A DNA stretch of 63,858 bases, the filler included, from Licmophora abbreviata (lineage: Eukaryota): assembly GCA_900291995.1 (NCBI GenBank). It is 11 parts of 11 records of this genome, joined end to end, with 100 filler letters (N's around TTAATTAATTAA, not from the genome) between each part and the next. Parts side by side here need not be neighbours in the genome. Positions count along the whole stretch, not along the records: positions 9,831 to 16,527 come from OLMU01001346.1; positions 16,628 to 28,146 come from OLMU01001347.1; 9 more parts are not named here. The stretch is one strand, 5' to 3'. Positions within the stretch are counted from its first letter, which is position 1. Every line of letters starts with the position of its first letter. The position numbers and the translations under genes were made by a program. Shown here piece by piece: positions 10,492-22,913 of this stretch. The notes below the pieces were generated by a model that was not told where the DNA came from, ran no database searches, and was given only the letters and a program-made list of their open reading frames with translations.

Positions 10492-13400
10492 CTAGATTCG
10501 AAGACTTCTACCTCGTTGCGATGGGCATGGGATTCCCGACTGATGGTGCTGAAGGAGCTTGGACTGTTTTTCGTAGCTTTCGGCCCACTCATCACACTTG
10601 ACTGTCAGCTTGCGAATGTAATCGCGAAGCCTCTCACACTTGTGCTCGAGCGATACGTTCTTGGCTTGCAATCGTTCGATCGATTCGTCGTCTTGGGACG
10701 CCGTCCGCGTGACTCGTGAGAAGTCTTCCTGCGCTTCGCGACATGCGGCGACGGTACGAACAACCTCAGCTTCAGCCTCCGCGAGAGCTCCTTCGGTGAA
10801 TCGAAGCTTTTCGGCAAGTAGATCTGCACGTCGGGACTCCTTGCCAAGCGTGGTTTCAGCCCTGTCTTGGCGCAGCTGCGTATCTGCCAATTCCGATACC
10901 ACGGCTCTGACACTGGCGTGCATAGATCGTAGGCGTTCGTCGGCGCAGCTCTCGGTCGTCATCCCATCGGCAGCTGGATTCGAGGACCCAGCATGGACTT
11001 TGACCGTAATGCCTACTTGCTTGACTGTCTCTAGGATGGCTTGTTCTGTCAACGCAATATTTGAGACAATCTGCGTCAGCACTGCTTCGAAGAAAGCGGC
11101 ATCGCCATCTCGCTCCGTCATGGAAGAGTCCCTTTCCTCGCTGTGTCGCTCCAGGAGGCGGTTTAGGTCATCCGTTGACAGTCGGAGCTCTTCATTCACG
11201 GCGTGCACGTGATCCTCCATTTCGACTTTCTTGAGCAGTGCCTCCTCCAGTTCCCGTTTCACGTCGGCAAGCCTCGACTCGGAGTGTTCGACCATCTCCT
11301 TCGCAGCCTCGTGTGCCTTCTGGTACTGTTCGACAATAGAGTCCTTGCTTGCGTTCTGCTCAGACACGTTGGCAAGCTTGTCGTTACAGGCCAAGTACGC
11401 GAGCTTCACACACTCCATTTCGGCTTTCATCGACTCCAATTCAATTTGTAGCTGTTCGACCTGATTCGAGTTGGCAACTTCTTCGAGCGACTCTTTCTGG
11501 GCCAAATCATCCCTTGCTGCCTCTGCCAGCTTGAGTCGGGCTTCCAGATCACTGCGAGTTCGCGAAGCATCGCAAAGAGCAGAATGAGCCGCTTCATACT
11601 TGGAAACAAAGTTTGCGTTCTCCTTTTCCAGGATCGACATTGCTCCGTTTTGATCGTTCATCTTTCGTCGTAGCTGCTCCAACTCCATCTCGATGCAAGA
11701 CAACGCCGCTGCGGCCTGGGCCGCCGATGACTTCGCTGAAGCGATCTCGTCTTCGAATCCATCGGCAATTGATTGGGCTTCCAACAATTCTGTCTCGTAT
11801 CTAGCAACCAATTTCGCTCCCTTGCCGTTCGTCTCGATTGCACGAACCAATTCTTTCTGAGTCGACTCATGAGCTTTCTCCAGTTCCTGCAGCTTGGCTT
11901 CAGTTTGGAGGAGAACCCCCTTCAAAGAATGTGTATCTGTTTTCGTTTGCTGTTGCTCAAACTCTTCAACCTTGTTTTCAGATGAGTACTTCGCCGCTCT
12001 TCGATTTCCAGCCTTTGCTTCAACGAAGTGACTTGCTCGTCGGCGGTGGCCTCAATCTGTCTCACGAGGTCTTTCTGGTTATCGCGCATGCGGATTGCTT
12101 CTTCCGCCGAATGAGACAAACTCTCACATTGTTCAATCAATCGCATCCGATCTGCGTCGAGAGTAGTCGCTTCTTTTGTTTTTTGTTCCAGTTCAAGACA
12201 TACAGTATTGAGAGCGGACTGGGTAGAATGCAACTTCACGTTCAAAAGAGCACAGGTTCGCTTGCTCTCAGCAAGTTCCTCGGTCGCCCACTTTGACCCC
12301 AGCTCGCCCTGAGACACCCTTTTGTGCACAAGGTATGCAAACTTGTCCATGATGCACTGTAAAACAGAGTTTTGGTCGTCAATGGTCGCCCGAACGTGCT
12401 TCTGGTCGACAGAGGTGGACCCACGAAGATACTCAAGTGCAAATTTTAATCGACCGCACTCATCCTCAATGCTTATCAGCTCCTCCTTAATGGAGCCTTC
12501 TTTGTCACTTGAAGGTTCGTTCTCGCCGTCGAGATACGGAAGGATACTCTTAACGTAGAAGCCCGAGGTCACGCTCGACTTCGACTGCATTGAGCAATCG
12601 GACACCAGGCTACTAATCTCAAGGTCCGAAACACTGCTCTCGATGTGAGAAAGTCCTTCAATACCTTCTTCCTCTTCTGCTTCTTGGTGACGTGCCTCTT
12701 CCATCTGTTCAATCAAAAGCTCTTCCTCGAGACCTCCCATGGCCGTGCCATTTCGACTCAGAGTAGCGTTCAGAACGCCAATTGAATCTCGTTCAGGAGT
12801 CAACGACAGAACATTCGCTCCGAGAAACTCTGCAGCCTGCCCTCCAATTGAATTGCGCGGAGGTGTTTGGACAAGAGACTCACCCGTCAAGGGCTCGTCC
12901 TCGATAGACTCGAGACTGCCTTCTGAGACGCTGAGATGAGTCTCGCTTTCTCCGTCGACGAGACTGTGTGTTTCGGACGGAAATTCGAGAGAGTTGCGGA
13001 GCAGTTCCATAGCGCTAGTCAAACTCATGAGCTTGAAATTGTATGAATTCACCTTTGATTGTGCCTGTCGCTGGAAGTCTATCATCTGCACTTCCAGACT
13101 CTGGAGCGCCATCTGCGTTCGCTCGACGTACACCTCTTCGACTTGGCGCACCTTCAGAGCATGCGCTACTTTCAACTCCTTCATCTTTTCGGACTCACGA
13201 CGCTCCGCATCATCATGCGCCTGCTTCTCAGCTCTAAGTGCTTCTTCGATCTCTTTCAAGCGTTCACGCGAAATTTGGAGATCCGCCTTGAGCGCCACGT
13301 TCTCACTCGACAGTGCGACGAGCGGTGGCGAAGGAAGCGAGTTCGGCTCTTGGTCCGAATTCTCTTCGAGCCGTTCTGTAAGCTCGGCCTTCTCTTTCTG

Positions 13401-14696
13401 CAATATTTCCAGTCTTTCCTTCAGCTCTGACAAGGACGTTTGCAGGTTCGATTCGGATGCGCGCGAGAGTTCCAGTTCCTTCGCGACGATGGCAGTGTCC
13501 GCCGCGAGTTTCTCATTGTGCAACGTGACGCCCCCGGCCTGGCGAGCCCCTTCAGCGCGCTCAAGTGCTAGTTTTAATTCGGCGATCTTGTCTGCTGCCG
13601 TCGTCTTGTCTTCTTCTAACGACTGGATCTGTTCCAGCCTTTCTTGGCACAGGGCCTTGAGCTCTTCCATCTGCAGCGGGTCGGACATTGCTTTCCATTC
13701 ACCAAGAACGTTCTCAGCGTGCCGCAGTTCTTGTTGCAGGCGATCGACTTCTTGATTCTTGTGTTCATTTGCTTGCTCAAGCCGACCAACCTGTGTTTGA
13801 AGGGCCTTGTGGCGCTCCGAGATCTCCACGCATGTCTGTTCCGCGAACCGCACCTCTTTGACCAACGTTTGGTTGCGCTGCCACAACGCATGATAGCGAC
13901 TGGGCGCCGTGGCGGTGGTGTTCTGGCAAAGCGGCGTTCTGCCAAGTGCATCCACCATGTCTTCGGCGCTGTCTCCAAACACATCACCGCTTTGAGCCAC
14001 CACCAGCTGCGCCTTGGTAGCCATGAGCGCCTCCTCCAGCTCGTGAATGCGCGTCAAGTACACATGACTTTCCTGCATGGCCTGATGCATCGAGTTGCGA
14101 CGCATGTTGGACAGCGGCGAGCCGGACGGCGGTACGTTGTCCGCCATGTCGACTCCGTAAAGAATGTCGCTGGAGGGCGTCTGGGCTAGTGATTGATCGA
14201 GAGACGCAAAAGACAGTCTGGTCAGGTCCTGCGAGGAGTCCTCGTCGACATTGGGAGACTGAATGATGTCTTCCTGCATGAGTTTTGTGGATGCCGGTGA
14301 TTCGCTCATCTGGTCACTCCATTGCTTCCAATATAGGCCAGGAGTCTCACCCGTCGGGGTAGCTGACGCTTTGTGGGGAAAGGGGGAACCCAGAAAAGTT
14401 GTCAGGACATCTTCTTGTTGTGGATCATGGTTCTCGCTGTTCTGCTCCTCGAATTGAGTCCCCAGCAAGCCGTCTTCGTCGTCATCGGAGCTCAACGTGA
14501 CTGCATTTGGAATGCTCAGGTCATCCTCAGTGACGACAGAAGCCTGCCTCTCAAGCTGTTTGGATTTCATGCGCTGCCACAGCCCTCGATGCTTGCCACC
14601 GGATGACAGCAAAGCTGGCGACTTTCTCATCGATCCCTCGATACTGTCTTGTCGACCTTCGGCGTCCATGTGCGCTGTTAAATCGAGACTAGTCAT
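10492..14696 (-). CDS. Large coiled-coil protein (~1,400 aa) with one frameshift
   Basis: Two abutting ORFs (924 and 477 aa) of continuous E/L/K/Q heptad character. Adding one base near 11980 gives ...ERRSTHLENKVEEFEQQQTKTDTHSLKGVLL... Confidence 0.75.
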
Positions 14697-15110
14697 ACTG
14701 TTGGTTGAAGGGGAACAGACTACCGTCGTCGTCTCGAGCGAAGCGCCAGCACGAGTTCTTAGTTTGCTCGTCGTCGCGTCGTCATGACAGCAGCAGAACC
14801 TCTCGATGCTTTCAGTTTTGTTTTCAGTTTTCAGTTTTCAACCTTCCAAGTTTGTTGCCGCGCGCCATCTTTTCTTCGCAGAATGCTTGCAGGGCGTAGA
14901 CGTTGTACGAAGTCGTACGTAGCTATTTTTTTCGAACCTGTTTTGCATTTCAAATTATACAAGTCTGTTTGATGATATTACTCCGACCTTTTTTCAAAGA
15001 GCACCTCGCGGAAGCAAAACAATGGATGTGGCATTTGGGCTTACATGGTACAAGGGAAAGAATAACATTATGAAGCAGTAGCCTTTCTTCTATCTATAGT
15101 TGAGCATCTT

Positions 15111-18100
15111 TTACGACGTATCGCCGCTGGCGCCCTCGCCATCTGCTGCATGGTACTTGATGTCGAGTCTCATGCCACCGAACGGATAACCATCCGTTCG
15201 CGTGATATCGAAAATTATTCCCTCAAACTGATATGATACATACATGTGCTTGTAGTCCGGAGAAAAGGCCAGTCCAGTTGTCTCACCATTCAAATCAGTT
15301 CCGGCTAGAATGCTATAGAAGTTGCCTTGCGCGTCGCGACCATGAACTCCGGCGTTGTCGTCAGGGGAGTCCTCGCAGAAGTACAGAATGCTGTCATCAA
15401 GGTTGTCGCCAAGAATTCTCTGGATTTGATCTGGCTCACCTTCAAACGCTCCTGACACTGTGGAAGTGCGTTTGTAGGTGAGATTGACCAGATCCATAAT
15501 CATGAGAATCTTGGGCACCTTGCCTGTCATGTACAGGATTCCATCTCGAATGTCGATACCCTCTGAGAACGGATAGTAGGTCGCAGCATCTATTCTAGCA
15601 TCGCCTCTATCTTCTTCCCCGACCCAGCGAAACGTTCCTTCATTCGGATCTTGTGCATCGGGCTGGATTAAAAGGTATTCGATCTTGGCCGTTCCAGTCT
15701 CATTACTGTGTAAGAGCTCTCCGTAGTCCCCTGTATCATTGGCGGTGATGACAGCTTGGGCATCTGGCGTGAAGCGTCGCAGAGCGCCATCACCACTGTC
15801 TTCGGTCACATAAAAGGAAGGGTTCGCGGGATCGGAACGGTCGTAGGCAAAAGATTCGAAATACCCCCCTTCGTCTCCCCCGAGACTCGTCTTGCGTGCT
15901 GTTCGTGTTCCCCACGGGTCCGTTTCCCATACCTGACCTTGATACTTCTCCTCGCACGTGATCCACGTATTCCACCAAGTCTTACCGCCCCCACAGTTCC
16001 AGTTAGAGGTAGTGGTGATCATTTCGTATTTGGTAACGTTGCCACTCATGTCGAAATGGAGCGCTCCGACGCCACCTGGATCGGTCTCGCTGTTGCTGAC
16101 ATAGATCCAGCCACCGTCTGACTTGGGGAAAGTTGCACCAGCATCCGGGTTGACGTGGAATGGAACCGAAGACTGTCCTCCTGAAGTGTACTTGACAGGT
16201 TCTCTCTCGATAGCAACAGCACGAGCTTCCAGACCCTGTGAGAGAGACATGCCAGTTGCACTGACTGGCATGAGCTTGCCTGGATAGTACGTGACAGAAC
16301 CGGAAGCTGGCGGCTCGTAGCAGTAATTTGTTCCAGAAACGTCACCAATCATCCCCCGAACGCATCCGGGTACCGCTTGAGTGTCAGATCTTACCAAACA
16401 CCTGAGATTCTCTGCGCAATCGGTGTCTAGAGTGCAACCACCTTCGCAAACTTCACAAGGAGATGTCCCATTACATGCAATGTCCGTCAATGTCAGCGCG
16501 TTGGGGACGACGATGGGCTCGGACACGNNNNNNNNNNNNNNNNNNNNNNNNNNNNNNNNNNNNNNNNNNNNTTAATTAATTAANNNNNNNNNNNNNNNNN
16601 NNNNNNNNNNNNNNNNNNNNNNNNNNNACGACGATGGGCTCGGACACGGGGGGTTCGAAACGATAGTTTGCACCAATGAGACCCGACCCAAAGCACCCTG
16701 GAATCGCTTCAAGGCCTTCTCGAGGATAACACTTAAGATCTCCCTGGCAATCGTGATCTCCTCGGCAGTTCCCTGTGCGTCGATTTGGTTAGGAACGAAT
16801 GGAAATTTAAGATTTCGACAAAGCGATCTCTTGAAGTAACGCACCTTCACATCGAGCGCATTCCTCGCCCCCACAGTCCTTGCTGTACAAAGTCAGAGTG
16901 ATAGTGTCGGGCGTTGGGTCGTAACAATAATCGAAATTAGATATGGGTTCGCCTGAACATCCTTGGACCGGCTCATCGCCGTACCGCTGTCCGCATTTCA
17001 ATCCTGTACCGCAATGGGAGTCACGGCTACAGTCGCCTACATCGGTATCAAAAGGAGTAGAATAAGCCACATGGATTTTGACTTCGAAGAGACGAGGAGT
17101 CATTACATACCTTCACACACATCGCATGGAGAGTCAGCCGAGCACGTGCTCGCCGCAAAAAGCTTCAAAAGGGGCTGCTCCGGGCGGTAGCAGTATCCTG
17201 ATCCGCTGGTACCGTCGCCTTCGCATCCTGGTACAGCCTCGTCGCCGCTTCGAAGAAAGCAAAGAAGTCCATCTCCACAGTCGGAACTTGATAAACAGCT
17301 TCCTTCGCAGGACGAGCAGCTGCCTTCAATACATCCTCCGGGAATCTCGACTAAGGCTGGAGCCGTCGGCATAGGAAGAATCTCAATGGCTGAAAGCTTC
17401 GGGTTGTCAATCCAATGAAGCAGTCGGATGTTGAGCTCCCCATCGTTGACGGTTGTCGGCAAGGATTTAACCAAAGCAGTAAACGCGCCGACTTCTTTGA
17501 AGATGTCAAGGTCATATTGGACGACGTAACCTTCAACCACAACGTCGAAAACTCTCTCCTCTTGACTCGACACATATATCTCAGCGAAATGTAGCTTTAA
17601 CAGGTACTCGCCACTTGCGATAGGGATCGTGTACTCCAGCTCATTGGTATCCCACGGATCCCATCTTTCAGAGCGGTACAGCTCGTCCATGTCGGTACCT
17701 TCAATGTCGCCTCCGACGCGGTAGGTACTGCCAGTATTGTTGTGAAAATTATATTCGGAATCAGCGACCCACAGCTTCCCGGTGCTGTCTGTGTAATTGT
17801 TCCCACCGACATTGATGTAAACGGGAACAAACCCCTCTTCGTTAATGTAAGACGAAGACGTTGAGCTAGGCTCACCGCCTGGTGAGGCGGTCGGCGCGAA
17901 TGATTGAGAGGATGTATCAAAGAGCTGGTGTATTTCGATTCCACTGATCTTTGGATTCTCAGAGACATGAACTAGCTCAATGTTGAGCTCGCCGTCTACT
18001 ACAGTAACGGTGGCGTCCTTGATCAGAGCAGTGTCGTGGGGTACTTCAGAAAGAATGTCGAAATTCTCAAGCACCCGTTTGTTTTCAATCATTACATCGA

Positions 18101-19433
18101 AGACACGTACTCCTACGGCTGCACTCGAAAGGAAGATTTCTGCAAAATGTAAGCGAACCTGGTACAGTCCGTTTGGTAAGTCGATACTATACTCGAGCTC
18201 AGGTCCAGCCGCTGGATCCCAGCGCTCAGACTTGTAGAGAGATTGGTCGAATTCCTCGGAAACTGAAATGCTGTCAGCCGTCGCAAATGATTTGCTCTTC
18301 TTATGTGTGTCGTAATCTGTGTCTCGAACCCATAGTCTCTGTTGACTGTCCCGGAACTCGCCTCCACCAGCGTTGATGTAGATAGGTTCAAGTGTCGGTG
18401 AATCTATCAATTCCGTCTGAATAAAGTTCAAGGTCATAGAAAGAGTGCTGATCATGTTTCCTTGACCACCGGGCAGAGAAAAGATGATGGCTTCGACACT
18501 GTGAAACCCAAGTGGTGGGGACCACCCGATATAGACGCCATCGGCGTCTCCATTCACTGCATATGGAGCATCTATCTCGGTGTTCACCGTCACTCCGTCT
18601 ACCTTAAATTGAACGCTTCCAATGGGGGGACCTATTGTCTCAGCTCTGATGGTGATTGCTGGCAAGTCTCCCAAGATGATTGTGTCGCCGTTTGACAACG
18701 TCTGAATCGGGGCATTAGTGAATGCTTTACCTGCCTCGACCAGACTGAAGCCGACAACGGCGGGCCCATTGATCTGCGTTACTATTGGTTGGACACTCGG
18801 TTGAGCGCTAGGCTGGAATGTAGGTCGGGGCGTCGCCTGAGGTTCCTGCTCTGACAATGATTTGGCAAGAACTTCGATTCCAGAAATTTTGGGGTTTTCC
18901 GACACGTGCAACATGGCGATATCCAAGATTCCATCGCTCACGGTGGCTGTCCAGTCCACAATGTAAGCCGTGTCGTGGGCAACAAAGCTCAAAATATCGA
19001 AATTGGTGGCCACCAGTGTATCTTCAATGGCAATGTCAAATATTCGAGCACCAACATATTCAGATGGGAGGTAAATCTCGGCAAAGTGAAGACGAATCAA
19101 GTATTCGTCATTGTCGACCGGAATGGAGTAGTACATGATCGGTTCTTCTTGCGGATCCCATCTTTCTGACTTGTACAACTCCTGATCATACTCTTCTGAT
19201 ACAATGATTGAGTCCTGAACCGCGTAAGTGTTGCCAACTCCCCCATTGTAAATGTCGCTATTCCAAACTCGTCCTACGCTGTCTTCAAATCCATTTCCTC
19301 CGCAATTTATGCGAAAAGGGATCTGTACTGACTGAGCTGTTGCGCAGTGTTGTGGTATGCAGAGGGTCACGAAGATACATGCGAGAAAGGTGGCGTATCG
19401 TCGTTCCATCGTCATCGTCATGGTCCTTGACAT
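15111..19433 (-). CDS. Secreted multidomain protein: 3 malectin domains, Ig-like domain, Cys-rich repeats and PhoX (DUF839)-type alkaline phosphatase
   Basis: Signal peptide; three IN(C/A/V)GG...LYxSERW...LHFAEI...F(D)...NPKxSxIE units; CEGxCxxxxDC repeats; PhoX motifs YVSNSE, NCGGG, TWITCEE, YVTED, PDQI, FCED and ETTGLAFSPD. Introns ~17039-17108 and ~16773-16844. The linker at 16528-16627 separates a 21-nt overlap, so the frame is continuous. Confidence 0.85.
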
Positions 19434-19813
19434 GAAGTTTACGAAAAAGTGCATGACAAAATAGCCCTTGTCTGTCCGGTTGGGCCTCAATCCGTGACAG
19501 CGCTTCGTCATGACCGTATAGATATAACTCTTTTCCCACGCCCTGGCATAAGTGAATCTATGTATGCCCATGTCAATCGCGATTCCGGCAATCACGAGTT
19601 GGTGCGAGCTCCGCTGAGAAGAGCACGCAGCCTCTGCGAACGTGCCTGATGATGTACGATACCGGTGTACACGCGGTAAGGCCGATGATGGCGACGACCA
19701 TGGCGGTTCCTACGGCACGAGCGTCCCCTGTCTCGCTCACTCTTCTCCACTCTCCCACTGTTTCTTATGTTAGAGTCCAACCGCTTTCCAAGAGCATCGT
19801 TGCCCTCTTCCTC

Positions 19814-20660
19814 ATGCTAAAATTTGCGACAGCATTCGTCCCGTCGTCTCGAATCACGACAATATCTGCAGGTCGTCGACACCTCCCAGTACCATCAGCT
19901 ACTCGAATGATGTGTCTATCCTCGGAATCTTCGTTAATTTCTTTGAATATCCGAACACCACAAGAGATGGAAGAGGTTGGCGGACTGTTGAGTCAGACGA
20001 CCGAACCAGGCGACGTGATACTCTTGGGGGGCGATCTGGGGGCTGGCAAGACATGCTTTTCTCGTGGGTTCGTCCGAGGCAAGACCGGAGATTGGGAACA
20101 GTCTGTCACATCACCGACCTATCTGCTCTCGAACACTTACAAAACGGTGGATGAAGTAGAGTAAGTCCACTTGTCGTGTGGTACCTAACAGCGAGAGGGC
20201 TGTAGTACATGTAGTGTACGACTCCTCACGACCACTTCGTGTCATCCACAGGATTCGCCATATGGATTTGTACCGATTGTCAGAGGATGCGCGAGATTTC
20301 GTGCCACTAGATCTGGACCATGTCTTTCAAAACTGTGAGCATAGCTCCTGAACCGCTCCCTTGTCGTAGTTGCATGAACGTGAACCTCACTGCATCCGTA
20401 CCGGTATGCCCCCCTTAGGTATATCACTCGTGGAATGGCCATCTAGATTGGGATCCTTCACTCCTGAGACTCGACTAGAGATCGACCTGACTATCCACGA
20501 AGTAACCAGCAAAGGAGAAGATGACAGAGGTGATGATGAAGTGACTCGGAAGATGACTCTTCGTCCACGTGGTGGACAATGGAAGGATCGTTTGCAGTTC
20601 TTATTGGACGAGGGACTGTTAGATGACCTACTGACGGACGATGAAGCAACAACACGTTGA
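19814..20660 (+). CDS. tsaE: TsaE/YjeE t6A-biosynthesis ATPase, probably organelle-targeted, 3 exons
   Basis: GDLGAGKT Walker A, VTSPTYLLSNTY, HMDLYRL, LVEWP. ATAFVP motif after a hydrophobic stretch; the start may be as far upstream as 19649. Introns ~20161-20251 and ~20334-20418. Confidence 0.88.
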
Positions 20661-20677
20661 GCGCGCCCTTTTTCTAT

Positions 20678-22489
20678 TTACTCAAAGGACTTGGTATTGT
20701 CCGTGGTGGCAGGAGTCGCTGTACCACTGATGGAGCTCTTCTTCTTTCGCTTTGACCCTCGAGCACGTTCCGACGAACGGCGTGCACCGGCCGTACGTGG
20801 GCCCGTTTTCTGTGACGGCTTTTCTGGCTCCACCGTACCGGACGCCTGGACCGAAGTCACAGGTACTGCAACCTCGACTTTTGCTTTCTTTTCTGGTTTG
20901 GGCTTCTTGGCCGCGGCAGCCTGAAGGATGAAGTGCATCAAATACAATAGATTCCTGGTGAGTCAGACCAACATCTTGTCATACAACAGCCAGTCCGGCA
21001 ACGCCCGGTCGCACCTTTTTGGCAAGTCCTTTTTCAATTGCTTGTGAAGCGGCATCTGCCAGCTTCGACACGAGCACGTTCTCTCCTGGAAGCGGCTTTC
21101 GGCTCACAGTTCCGTATCCCTTGGAGGCGTCACCAGCAGCACGCGTCGCCACGATACCATCGCCGGACACTTGAATGAGCATTTTCGCGGCGGTCACACT
21201 CTCAAAATTATCCAGCTGCTGCCACACGATCTCAACCTGTCCTTCTCCGGTTCTTGTGGCGTACACGGGACGCGCTCCGATACGAATTGCGGCGATATCA
21301 TACGTCCTCATCACAGCCGGTGCCCACTTGGTGGCAAGCCAATCCGCCAGACGCTCCACATCAGGGACACTGGCAAAGGATGCCGTGAACAATGGGGCGC
21401 TCTGTCCCGACTTGATCATGGTCTGCACACGTGCCAACTCCTCCTCCCACGTGTCCATAGTGACGGGGTCCGTTCCGCGCAAGGAAGTGATGCACACATC
21501 CAGGTTTGACGGGACCTTCAGCTTGCCCAGTAGCATGAGAGTGGCCGCCTCACCAATGGTGTGTCGAGACGAGCGAGACCCCAGTCCAGCGCTGCCCGAA
21601 ACGGAGAGCGACGGGTCCATGCGCACAGACCGCATGGTGTACTCCTCGCACAAGACGGCATCCTTGAGCGGACCACCCGACAAGGCAGAAAAGTGGGGCT
21701 GTTTGTATAACATAATGTAGATGAGATAAGAAAACTAAAAGACGATAGTCCACAGTTCGATCCTTCGGTTCTTCTTACCGAGGACTCCGGAGTCCCAAAC
21801 AGAGCTCCATGGCGGACTTGTATAACATTGCCGTCACCCATGGCTTCGAACAAGGACGACGGGATATCCATCTTTTCACCTCTCAAGATTGACTGAAGAA
21901 ACCCTCCTTTTTGATCCTGTTTGTCTTCTTCGTCTTCCTCTGCCGGCAAGACGACAACTTTGGTTCCCCGAATGCTCTGCGACGCTCGTTGCGCGGCCAC
22001 GGAAATAGCATTCTTCCAAACTTGTTTAGGATCTTCTTCATCGAGCTTTCCTTTGCCCGCCAGTTCGACGCCATCGGCCGTACACACAAGACCATCGGCA
22101 CTGGAACACCACTTGGAAATGGCTTGGAGCGTCGTGGACGCATCCTCCAAGACATCTTGACAATCGGCACCCGCCAACTCCACCGTTCCACCGTTTCGCT
22201 TCATGCTGTCCAGTGCGAACTGAGAAAGTGCCACTTTGGTGTCCGTGGAAGAAGACGACGACGAGGATACGACGAACCAACGGACGGAACTGCCCTGCTC
22301 TGCAGCTTTCACCGCCATGACTTCTCCCACACCGCCAGGAGGTGAAATCACCACCAAAGAAGACGACATGTGCAGCGCCGCGAAGCGGCGTGACGACGCT
22401 GGCGACTGTACAAAGGCATTCGCAGATCTACTACTACTGTGGAAACACAGCAGCAGTACGACGACCATCGTCGTCCTTGGCATGTTCAT
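20678..22489 (-). CDS. Plastid-targeted protein with degenerate NAD(P)-binding Rossmann fold, 3 exons
   Basis: Signal peptide + ANAFVQ; LVVISPPGGVGEVMAV beta-alpha start; VRHGALFG. Introns ~21695-21778 and ~20922-21014. Lys-rich tail. Confidence 0.65.
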
Positions 22490-22913
22490 CAGTCGTCTCG
22501 AAAGTCCCTTCATCCTGTACGTAGTAAACAGCGAGCGAGGTGTGATCATGACAAGCGATGAGCGGCTCCTAGTCTTTCATGGCGCCCCTTTTTCAGTGCA
22601 AACTTCAACCGCGCACGATCTCCGTTTTGGAGAGGGGCGCCGGAAGGACTGTGCCAGCTGGAGCGTATGTGTTCAATGTGTCTGTGCGTCACCGGTTCCG
22701 TGAGAAACAAAACCCGGATGTGAATGCGGTGACCATGGAGAAATACTAGAGCGACGACGGCGGCTGGGACAGATAAGCACGGCAAGAGGAAACCAATAAT
22801 CATCCTCCTTTCTCCCTTTGTGCGTTCCCATTCGACGGTGGAAAAGCCTTCAGCACTGGGTAGAAGGCAGCAGCAGCAGTAAGAGAGAGCAAAGAAATTC
22901 CTGAAATCACATT

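Noticed and set aside
11919..11927. CTT-TGA at the end of the 924-aa ORF, resembling the RF2 +1 frameshift site
   Set aside because: The downstream ORF is in the -1 frame, and the +1 frame stops within nine codons.
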